Of a stretch of 64,000 bases of DNA, positions 56,945 through 64,000 are shown in pieces (position 1 is the first letter of the stretch; each line of letters begins with the position of its first letter). The stretch lies in assembly GCA_035535075.1 (NCBI GenBank), contig DATLQS010000012.1, forward strand, positions 6,494 through 70,493, given 5' to 3'. A program made the translations under genes and the position numbers. The notes beneath the pieces are model-generated. The model saw nothing but the letters and a program-made list of their open reading frames with translations, did not search any database and was not told the DNA's origin. This stretch comes from Solirubrobacteraceae bacterium (GTDB taxonomy: Bacteria; Actinomycetota; Thermoleophilia; Solirubrobacterales; Solirubrobacteraceae).

Positions 56945-57987
56945 TCTCCCAAACCTCCTGCGAAGACCAGCTCTCGCTCGCCGAATGGCGCCCCGGGCAG
57001 CATCCGCGCGAACTGCGCAGCGCTGCCGGGCGAATACATGCCGTTCGCCAGCGTGCTGATCTCCGGCGGCGGGCTGGCCAGCGCCGCTTCGACCGCCGCC
57101 TGCACGGTCTCTTCGGCCACCGCCAGCAGGTCGTCGAGCTCGGAGTCGGGCAGGCCCTCCTGGGCGAGCAGCGAGTGCACGCGGAAGATCGGGTCGCGCT
57201 GGATGTGCTCATCGATCTCGCCGCGGGTCCGGTAGGCCAGGCCGGCGTCGGCGACCGAGTGCCCCCGGTAGCGGTAGGTGACGAGCTCGAGTACGGCGGC
57301 TCGCCGATCCTCGCGCGCGCCGGAGAGCAGCGTCGCCGCGGCCTGCGCTACGGCCAGCAGGTCGTCGCCGTCGACGCGCTCGGCCGGCAGGTCGTAGGCG
57401 GCGGCGCGGCGGTAGAGGTCGGTCACTGCCGACGCGCGTTCCACGCTGGTGCCCATGCCGTACTCATTGTTCATCACCAGGAAGACGACGGGCAGCCGCC
57501 AGACCGCGGCGAGGTTCAGCGACTCGTGCCACGCGCCCATGTTGATCGCCCCGTCGCCGAGCTCGCACAGGACGGCCTGCGGGCGCCCCTGGCGCACCAG
57601 GCCCAGCGCGAGGCCGGTGGCAATCGGCAGCTGGCCGGCGACGATCCCCCAGCCACCGTAGTAGCCGCGGGCGACGTCGAGCAGGTGCATCGACCCGCCA
57701 CGGCCGTGTGCGCACCCATCGACACGGCCGAACAGCTCGGCCATCACGGCATCCGCCGGTACGCCGCGTGCCAGCGCGAACCCGTGACAGCGGTAGCCGG
57801 TCACGAGCAGGTCGGCGGCGTCGAGCGCGTGCGTCGCGCCCACCGTGGCCGCCTCCTGGCCCGAGGAGAGATGGCAGTAACCGCCGATGTGCGCCGCCTT
57901 GTACTGGCGCTCCGCCTCGGTCTCGAAGGCGCGGATCAACAGCATCTGCTCATAGAGCTCGCGCAACGTCGCGGTCGCGATCGCCAT
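56941..57987 (-). CDS. 2-oxo acid dehydrogenase E1 alpha subunit (TPP-binding)
   Basis: 348 aa: LLIRAFETEAERQY ... GGSMHL ... LGDGAINMGAWHESLNLAAVWRLPVVFLVMNNEYGMGT. Confidence 0.9.
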   Translation of the reverse strand: MAIATATLRELYEQMLLIRAFETEAERQYKAAHIGGYCHLSSGQEAATVGATHALDAADLLVTGYRCHGFALARGVPADAVMAELFGRVDGCAHGRGGSMHLLDVARGYYGGWGIVAGQLPIATGLALGLVRQGRPQAVLCELGDGAINMGAWHESLNLAAVWRLPVVFLVMNNEYGMGTSVERASAVTDLYRRAAAYDLPAERVDGDDLLAVAQAAATLLSGAREDRRAAVLELVTYRYRGHSVADAGLAYRTRGEIDEHIQRDPIFRVHSLLAQEGLPDSELDDLLAVAEETVQAAVEAALASPPPEISTLANGMYSPGSAAQFARMLPGAPFGERELVFAGGLGE

Positions 57988-58694
57988 CAGGGGCGCTCCT
58001 CTTCAAAGTAGTCGGGGTGTTGTGCACGGATCGCCGGGAGCGCCGAGAGCACCATTCGCAGGTGGTGGCGCAGTGTCGCCTCGGCCGCGTCGGGGTCTCG
58101 CTGGTCGAGCGCCTCGAGCACCAGGCGATGCTCGGCCACCATCTCGGCAAGGTAGCGCGGCTGGGGCAGGCTCAGGCGACGCACGCGGTTGAGGTGCCCC
58201 TTGACGCGTTGCGCGACCTCCCACGCCACCGGGCGTCCGGCCAGCTCGCAGATCGCCGCGTGGAACTCGTCGTCGAGCACCGCGAAGTGCTCGTGGTCGC
58301 CGAACTCGCTGACCTCGGCCTGGCGGCGCACCAGCCCGCCCAGCGCCGCGATGTCGGCGTCGTCGGCGCGCGTCGCCGCAAGGCGCACGGCGGCGCATTC
58401 GAGCGACTCGCGAATGAACTGGGCGTCCTCCACCGCGGCGGCGCTGATTCTCGTCACGAAGGTGCCGAGCTGGGGGACGATCTGGACGAAGCGCTCGTCG
58501 CGCAGGCGGATCAACGCCTCGCGGACCGGTGTGCGGCTGACGGCCAGGCGCTCGGCGAGCTCGTTCTCGGAGATCCGCTGTCCCGGCTCGAACTCGGTGG
58601 CGATGATCGCATCGCGCAGCGCGCGGTAGACCTGACGGCTCGCGGGGCCGGCCCCCGAGCCACGCCGCAGACGGTCGATGCGCATGTCGGTCAC
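57987..58694 (-). CDS. GntR family transcriptional regulator (FadR/FCD subfamily, PdhR-like position)
   Basis: 235 aa: ISENELAERLAVSRTPVREALIRL winged HTH plus an all-helical C-terminal domain. Its stop shares one nt with the E1alpha ATG. Confidence 0.85.
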   Translation of the reverse strand: MTDMRIDRLRRGSGAGPASRQVYRALRDAIIATEFEPGQRISENELAERLAVSRTPVREALIRLRDERFVQIVPQLGTFVTRISAAAVEDAQFIRESLECAAVRLAATRADDADIAALGGLVRRQAEVSEFGDHEHFAVLDDEFHAAICELAGRPVAWEVAQRVKGHLNRVRRLSLPQPRYLAEMVAEHRLVLEALDQRDPDAAEATLRHHLRMVLSALPAIRAQHPDYFEEERP

Positions 58695-58699
58695 CCCTG

Positions 58700-58712
58700 C
58701 ATACTTACATAC
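58700..58712 (-). promoter_or_regulatory. AT-rich direct repeat GTATG-TAA-GTATG immediately upstream of the GntR start (candidate operator / -10 region)
   Basis: The only AT-rich patch in this intergenic region, 6 nt upstream of GTG 58694. Confidence 0.2.
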
Positions 58713-58752
58713 AAGAGGGCGGAATGGGTGCTCCGCGCGGCTGCGCTGCCCG

Positions 58753-59835
58753 TCAGGCGGTCGCGGCCGCGGCCTCGCGGGTGATCTGGCGCTTGCCCCA
58801 GCGGGCGCGCTCGGCGTAGTCGATCAGCGTCGCGAAGTAGTCGCGCAGCGGCGGCGCGGCCAGGCCCAGCGGTTCGAGCAGCTCGCGCGCCCGTGCGTCG
58901 TCGAGCGTCGCGCCGATCCCGAAGTAGGGGACATAGAGGTCGGTCTCCTGCAGGCGCGAGGCCGGGTCGGCGACGATCCGTGGAGGCTCGCGGCCGAACT
59001 GCCGGCACGCGAGTTCGATCAGCTCGGCGTTGGTCGGCGCGGCGGCACCGGCGACCAGCGCCACCGTGCCGCTGACCGACTCGGCGTCGAGCAGCGCCAT
59101 CAGGCCGTCGGCGACGTAGTCGATCGGGACGATGTCGGCGAGACCGTCGGGATCGATCGCCACCTCATCCATCAGCCCGCGTGAGAACGCCCGCATCGGC
59201 CAGTAGATCACGTTGAACGCCGACGTCCAGCCGCTGCGGCTGTCGCCGACGATGATGCTCGGCCGAGCGATCACCAGCGGCAGCTCGCCGGCGGCCGCAC
59301 CGATCGCCTGCTCGCCGTCGAACTTCGAATGCTCGTAGGTGTTGCGAAACCCCTGGCCAAGGTCGAGATCGGTCTCCCGGAAGAGCCCGCGGTAGCGCCC
59401 GGCGACATACGCCGTGGACACGTGCAGGTGACGTCGCAGGCCGCCCGAGGCGGCGATCGCACGGCTCAGCTCGAGCATCCGGATCGCCCCGCCGGTGTTG
59501 ACCTGGCGCGCCTCCTCGAGCGTCAGGTCGAACGAGATCGACGCGGCGCAGTGCACGACGCTCGTGACCTTCGCGATCAGCGCCTCGCGGTCGCGGGAGT
59601 CCAGGCCGAGGTCGTCCGCCGACACATCGCCGGCGACCGCGGTGACCCGCTCGACGGCCTCGGGCCGCTCCTCGTAGAGGCGGGCGAAGACCGTCGCGAG
59701 GCGCTCGGCGGCGGCGTCCGCGGACGGCGCCCGGACCAGGCAGACGACGTCGGTGTCCCCCCGCTCGATCAGCCGCGCGAGAAGCTCCATCCCGAGAAAC
59801 CCGGTCGCGCCGGTGAGAAGGACGGTCTCGCTCAC
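58753..59835 (-). CDS. fatty acyl-CoA/ACP reductase-type SDR (thioester-reductase / NAD_binding_4 fold)
   Basis: GTG 59835 overlaps the fabI stop (GTGA). VLLTGATGFLG, HCAASISFD, HVSTAYVAG and YEHSK (YxxxK). Confidence 0.75.
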   Translation of the reverse strand: MSETVLLTGATGFLGMELLARLIERGDTDVVCLVRAPSADAAAERLATVFARLYEERPEAVERVTAVAGDVSADDLGLDSRDREALIAKVTSVVHCAASISFDLTLEEARQVNTGGAIRMLELSRAIAASGGLRRHLHVSTAYVAGRYRGLFRETDLDLGQGFRNTYEHSKFDGEQAIGAAAGELPLVIARPSIIVGDSRSGWTSAFNVIYWPMRAFSRGLMDEVAIDPDGLADIVPIDYVADGLMALLDAESVSGTVALVAGAAAPTNAELIELACRQFGREPPRIVADPASRLQETDLYVPYFGIGATLDDARARELLEPLGLAAPPLRDYFATLIDYAERARWGKRQITREAAAATA

Positions 59836-60617
59836 CGCAGCGGCGCACCGATCGCGTGAAATCCCCCATCGACGTGCAGGATCTCGCCGGTGATCGCCCG
59901 AGCGTGGTCGCTCAGCAGAAAGCACACGGCAGCGGCGATCGGAGCGGCATCGCGGGTGTCCCAGCCCAGCGGCGCGCCCGAGCGCCAGAGCGACGCGAGC
60001 TCGTCGAATCCCGGGATCCCGCCCGCCGCGATCGTCTCGATCGGCCCGGCCGAGACGAGGTTCACGCGCACACCGCGCGGGCCGAGGTCGCGCGCCAGGT
60101 AGCGCGAGACGCTCTCGAGCGCGGCCTTGGCGACGCCCATCCAGTCATAGACCGGCCAGGCGACGCTGGCGTCGAAGTCCAGGCCGACGACCGAGCCGCC
60201 GCCTTCGCCCGCCTCGAGCAACGGCGCGAGCGCCGCGGCCAGCGCCTTCAACGAGAACGCGCTGGTCTGGAAGGCGACGATCGCGCTGCTCGCGGGCGTG
60301 TCGAGAAACCCGCCGCCGAGGGCATCGGCCGGCGCGAACGCGATTGCGTGCAGCACACCGTCCAGCTCGCCCCAGCGCGCGCCGAGCTCCGCCGCGATGC
60401 GGGCGAGGTCCTCGGGCTCGTTGACGTCGAGCTCGAGGACGTCCGGCGGATCGGGCAGGTGCTTGGCGGCACGCTCGGTCAACCGCAGCCCACGACCGAA
60501 GCCGCTGAGCACGATCTCGGCCCCGTCCTCCTGCGCCTGGCGCGCGACCTCGAAGGCGATCGAGCCGCGCGTCAGCACCCCGGTGATCAGCAGCCGCTTG
60601 CCGGCCAGCAGGCTCAC
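59832..60617 (-). CDS. fabI: enoyl-[acyl-carrier-protein] reductase (NADH), FabI/InhA type
   Basis: 261 aa: KRLLITGVLTRGSIAF ... LHAIAFAP ... MGVAKAALES ... VRVNLVSAGPIET. Confidence 0.9.
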   Translation of the reverse strand: MSLLAGKRLLITGVLTRGSIAFEVARQAQEDGAEIVLSGFGRGLRLTERAAKHLPDPPDVLELDVNEPEDLARIAAELGARWGELDGVLHAIAFAPADALGGGFLDTPASSAIVAFQTSAFSLKALAAALAPLLEAGEGGGSVVGLDFDASVAWPVYDWMGVAKAALESVSRYLARDLGPRGVRVNLVSAGPIETIAAGGIPGFDELASLWRSGAPLGWDTRDAAPIAAAVCFLLSDHARAITGEILHVDGGFHAIGAPLR

Positions 60618-62065
60618 AGCGGGATGTTCCCGGCCGGCCAGCGGCGCAGCGCCGCGGAATCGAGCGCGGCCAGCGCGGCAGCCACGCGGGCGCGCGTCTC
60701 GCTCGGGGCGATCACCTCATCGACGTAGCCGTCGGCGGTCGCCGCGCCCGGATGCAGGTGCTCGGCGGCGTAGCTCGAGGCGAACGCGTCGCGCGCCCCC
60801 AGCGGATCCTCCGCCGCCTCGATCTCGCGGCGGTTGATGATCTCGACCGCCTGCGGCGCGCCCATCACACCGAGCTGCGCCGACGGCCACGCGAAGACGA
60901 AGTCGGCGCCCAGGCCCTTGCTGTTCATCGCGATGAAGGCGCCGCCGAACGCCTTGCGCAGGATCACCGTGACGCGCGGCACCGTGCATTCCGAGAACGC
61001 GTACACGAGCTTTGCCCCCTGGCGGATCACGCCGAGCTTCTCCTGCTTGGTGCCGGGCAGGAAGCCCGGCGTGTCGACGAGCACGAGCAGCGGGATGCCG
61101 AACAGGTTGCAGGTCCGCACGAAGCGGGCCGCCTTCTGCGAGGCGTCCACGTCGAGCACGCCGCCGAGGTAGCGCGGCTGGTTCGCGACGAGGCCGATCG
61201 AGCGCCCGTCCAGGCGCCCGAAGGCGCAGACGACGTTGCGTGCCCAGCGGGGCGAGATCTCGAGCATCCGGCCGCCGTCGAGCAGCGCCCGCGCGACCTC
61301 GCGCACGTCGTAGACCTTGCGGTCCTCCGGCGGCACGACGCTGTCCGGCAGGTAGCCGGGCGGATCGACCGTCGGCCAGCGCAGCGGACGCTCGTCGCAG
61401 TTCTGCGGCAGGTAGTCGAGCAGATCGCGCGCGAGCAGCGCCGCGTCGACGTCGGTCGGGGCGACGAGCTGGCAGACGCCGTTGCGCTCATGCACGCGAT
61501 GGCCGCCGAGCTGCGCGGTGTCGACGTCCTCGCCGGTGACCTTTGCGACCACCCCGGGGCCCGTCAGGAACATGCTTGCCGTCTCGGTCATGATCACGAA
61601 GTCGGTCAGCGCCGGGGCATAGGAGCCGCCGCCGGCCGACGGCCCACAGATCACCGAGATCTGGGGCACGTACCCCGACAGGGCGACGTGCTTGCGGAAG
61701 ATCTTCGCGTACCCGCTGAGCGCCGCGAGCCCTTCCTGCATCCGCGCGCCCGCCGATTCGACGAAACCGATCACGGGCACCCGCGAGCGCTCGGCGAGCT
61801 CGAGCACGGCGACCACCGTCTCGGCGTGCGCTTCACCGAGCGAGCCGCCGGCGAACGAGGCGTCCTGGGCGAACACGGCCACCGCACGGCCGTCGACGCG
61901 CCCGGTGGCGCCGAGCACACCGTCGCCAGGCCGCGCCTTCTCACCCATGCGCCGCGAGAGCACCTCGGTGCGCAGGAGGTCCAGCGACCCCGGATCGCAG
62001 AGCACCTCGAGGCGCTCCATCGGAGTCAGCCGCTCATCGGGTCGTGGGACGAGTGCGAGTGTCAT
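60614..62065 (-). CDS. accD: acyl-CoA carboxylase carboxyltransferase (beta) subunit
   Basis: ATG 62065 overlaps the fabF stop (ATGA). FAQDASFAGGSLGE, VICGPSAGGGSYAPALTD, DTPGFLPG and RKAFGGAFIAM. Confidence 0.88.
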   Translation of the reverse strand: MTLALVPRPDERLTPMERLEVLCDPGSLDLLRTEVLSRRMGEKARPGDGVLGATGRVDGRAVAVFAQDASFAGGSLGEAHAETVVAVLELAERSRVPVIGFVESAGARMQEGLAALSGYAKIFRKHVALSGYVPQISVICGPSAGGGSYAPALTDFVIMTETASMFLTGPGVVAKVTGEDVDTAQLGGHRVHERNGVCQLVAPTDVDAALLARDLLDYLPQNCDERPLRWPTVDPPGYLPDSVVPPEDRKVYDVREVARALLDGGRMLEISPRWARNVVCAFGRLDGRSIGLVANQPRYLGGVLDVDASQKAARFVRTCNLFGIPLLVLVDTPGFLPGTKQEKLGVIRQGAKLVYAFSECTVPRVTVILRKAFGGAFIAMNSKGLGADFVFAWPSAQLGVMGAPQAVEIINRREIEAAEDPLGARDAFASSYAAEHLHPGAATADGYVDEVIAPSETRARVAAALAALDSAALRRWPAGNIPL

Positions 62066-63261
62066 CTTGCCTCCAGACACAGCACGGCGTTGTGACCGCC
62101 GAAGCCGAATGAGTTGGAGATCGCGATTGGCCGTCGCCCTTCGCTGAGGTCCAGCGGTCTCGCGCGGTCCGGTACGTAGTCGAGATCGAGGTCCGGGTCC
62201 CGCTCCGCCCATCCGAGCGTAGGCGGAATCAGCGCGGCACGCAAGGCGAGGATCGTCGCCGCGGCCTCCACCGCGCCGCCGGCGCCGAGCAGGTGCCCGA
62301 TGGCCGACTTGGTCGAGGAGACCGGGATGGTCTTGGCGTGCTCGCCGAGCGCCGTCTTCAGCGCGGTCGTCTCGGCGCGATCGTTCAGCGGCGTGGAGGT
62401 GCCGTGCGCATTGACATAGACGATCTCGCTCGGCTGCACCCCGGCATCCTCGAGCGCCCGTGCGATCGCCGCGGCGGCACCCTCGCCGGTCGGGTGCGGC
62501 GCGGTGACGTGATGGGCATCCGCGGTCGCTCCATAGCCCCGCAGCACGGCCAGGACGCGCGCGCCGCGCGCCTGCGCGGCGTCGCCGTTCTCGAGCACCA
62601 GCACGCCCGCGCCCTCACCCATCACGAAGCCGTCGCGGCGCGCGTCGAACGGCCGCGAAATGCCGGAAACCGACAGCGCGTCCAGCGCCCCGAAGGCGGC
62701 GCGCGAAAGCGGCGTGAGCGCGGCTTCGGCGCCGCCCGCGACCACCGCGAGCGCGTCGCCGTACTTGATCGCGCGCATCGCCGTACCGATCGCGTCGGCA
62801 CCGGACGAGCAGGCCGACACGGTGCCAAAGCTCGGGCCCCTCAGGCCGTGGCGCATGCTGACCGCGGCCGCGGCGGCGTTGCCCATCATCAGCGGCACCG
62901 CCAGCGGCGACACGTGCTTGGGCCCGTGCTCGAACATGGCCCGGTCGTTGGCCTCGATCGTGCCGATTCCGCCGATCCCCGTGCCGATCATCGAGCCGAT
63001 CCTGGTCGCCTCGTAGGGCAGCTCCTCGCCCCAGCCGGCGTCGGTCAGCGCCTCGACCGAGGCGACGAGCGCCAGCTGCGTGAAGCGATCCGCGCGGCGC
63101 GCCTCCTTGACCGAGAGGTGATCGGTCGCGACGAACTCGCGACAGCGGCCCTCGCCGTCCTCGATCCCGCAGACCCCGGCCGCCCAACGCTCGTGCAGCG
63201 TGGCGGCGCCGAGCCCGAGCGGCGTGATCGCCCCGATCCCGGTGACGACGACCTCGGTCAT
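62062..63261 (-). CDS. fabF: 3-oxoacyl-[acyl-carrier-protein] synthase II
   Basis: ATG 63261. VVVTGIGAITPLG, active-site TVSACSSGADAIG, NAHGTSTPLND and GHLLGAGG. Confidence 0.92.
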   Translation of the reverse strand: MTEVVVTGIGAITPLGLGAATLHERWAAGVCGIEDGEGRCREFVATDHLSVKEARRADRFTQLALVASVEALTDAGWGEELPYEATRIGSMIGTGIGGIGTIEANDRAMFEHGPKHVSPLAVPLMMGNAAAAAVSMRHGLRGPSFGTVSACSSGADAIGTAMRAIKYGDALAVVAGGAEAALTPLSRAAFGALDALSVSGISRPFDARRDGFVMGEGAGVLVLENGDAAQARGARVLAVLRGYGATADAHHVTAPHPTGEGAAAAIARALEDAGVQPSEIVYVNAHGTSTPLNDRAETTALKTALGEHAKTIPVSSTKSAIGHLLGAGGAVEAAATILALRAALIPPTLGWAERDPDLDLDYVPDRARPLDLSEGRRPIAISNSFGFGGHNAVLCLEAR

Positions 63262-63265
63262 CGCC

Positions 63266-63508
63266 TCAGCCGCGCTCCGCCACGAGGTCGATGGCGTCGC
63301 CGACGGTCGTGATCTCGGCGACATCCGCGCTCGTCAGCTCGACACCGAAGTGCTCTTCGATGATCTGCGAGAGCTCGGCGAGGTCGAGCGAGTCGATGTC
63401 GAGCGCCGCGAGCTCGGCGTCGCGGTTGATGTCTTCGGCGTTTGCGCCGAAGCTGATCAGCGAGTCGGTGATGACCTTCTCGATCTGCTCGGTGGTCAGG
63501 TCTGCCAT
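63266..63508 (-). CDS. acpP: acyl carrier protein
   Basis: Internal ATG 63508; 80 aa. LDIDSLDLAEL phosphopantetheine (DSL) motif. Confidence 0.9.
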   Translation of the reverse strand: MADLTTEQIEKVITDSLISFGANAEDINRDAELAALDIDSLDLAELSQIIEEHFGVELTSADVAEITTVGDAIDLVAERG

Positions 63509-63527
63509 GAGGGTCCTTTCGTTGCGA

Positions 63528-64000
63528 TCAGGCGGACAGGCCGCCGTCGACGTATACGGTGCTGCCGGTGATGTAGCCGGCGCGCTCCGAGGCCAGGAAG
63601 GCAACCGCCGCAGCGACCTCCTCCGGTGTCCCGGCGCGCCCTGCCGGCACCTTCTCACGAAACGCCTCCGGAATGTCCTGTGTCATGTCGGTGGCGATCA
63701 GACCGGGGGCCACGGCGTTGATCGTGACACCGCGGCGCGCGACCTCGACCGCCGCGGTCTTCGTGAACGCGATCACCGCCGCCTTGGAGGCGGCGTAGTT
63801 GGCCTGCCCGGCGTTGGCGCGCGGTCCGACGACCGAGGCGATGTTGATCACCCGGCCGAACCGCGCGCGGATCATCGCGCGCAGCGCAACCCGGGTCAGG
63901 CGGTATGTCGATCCGAGGTTGGTGTCGAGCACGATCCGCCAGTCCTCGTCGCTCAGCGACAGCGCCAGGCCGTCGGCGCGCACGCCGGCGTTGTTGACGA
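63528..64000 (-). CDS. fabG: 3-oxoacyl-[acyl-carrier-protein] reductase (C-terminal ~157 codons; N-terminus beyond the right edge)
   Basis: The frame stays open to the window edge (upstream residues read ..VNNAGV). NIASVVG ... YAASKAAVIAFTK ... VNAVAPGLIATDM ... YVDGG. Confidence 0.9.
   Translation of the reverse strand, partial: VNNAGVRADGLALSLSDEDWRIVLDTNLGSTYRLTRVALRAMIRARFGRVINIASVVGPRANAGQANYAASKAAVIAFTKTAAVEVARRGVTINAVAPGLIATDMTQDIPEAFREKVPAGRAGTPEEVAAAVAFLASERAGYITGSTVYVDGGLSA

Overview
Very GC-rich window (about 70-75% by eye) with dense coding on both strands and many long spurious antisense ORFs. I called genes by recognisable motifs, third-position GC bias and start-codon context, not ORF length. 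The left 13 kb is a conserved Actinomycetota housekeeping block on the minus strand: lysS, greA, dus, coaX, folK, a TetR gene, folB, folP, ftsH, hpt, tilS. Its order matches the mycobacterial tilS-hpt ... ftsH-folE-folP-folB-folK neighbourhood as I remember it, but folE is absent and a TetR gene is inserted. Secreted FN3-like proteins and collagen-like Gly-X-Thr repeats make a Thermoleophilia/Solirubrobacterales-like actinobacterium plausible; this is inference only. The rest is mostly metabolism and envelope: beta-oxidation genes, a secreted glucuronyl-C5-epimerase-like protein, an EVE / membrane / MoxR / CoxE-VWA cluster, a serine-palmitoyltransferase-like oxoamine synthase head-to-head with a two-lobed GNAT, an MihF-like gene in a lower-GC island, type III glutamine synthetase, a GT4-flippase fusion, FprA, ErpA/BolA/Grx, DegV, a cluster of small membrane proteins, PlsC, a biotinyl-domain protein with bioB-bioF-bioD, a hybrid histidine kinase, tandem GH15 paralogs, an ECF sigma factor fused to its own ZAS anti-sigma and a collagen-like tail, a GntR-E1alpha-E1beta-E2-MBL operon, and a FAS-II operon ending in a fatty acyl reductase. 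I found no rRNA, tRNA, CRISPR array or transposase. Operon junctions very often use 4-nt NTGA start/stop overlaps, and several divergent gene pairs have start codons only 14-35 bp apart. The best candidates for undescribed biology are the SPT-like/GNAT pair, the sigma/anti-sigma/collagen fusion and the collagen-tailed C5-epimerase-like protein. All functional calls rest on motif recognition from memory, not database searches.
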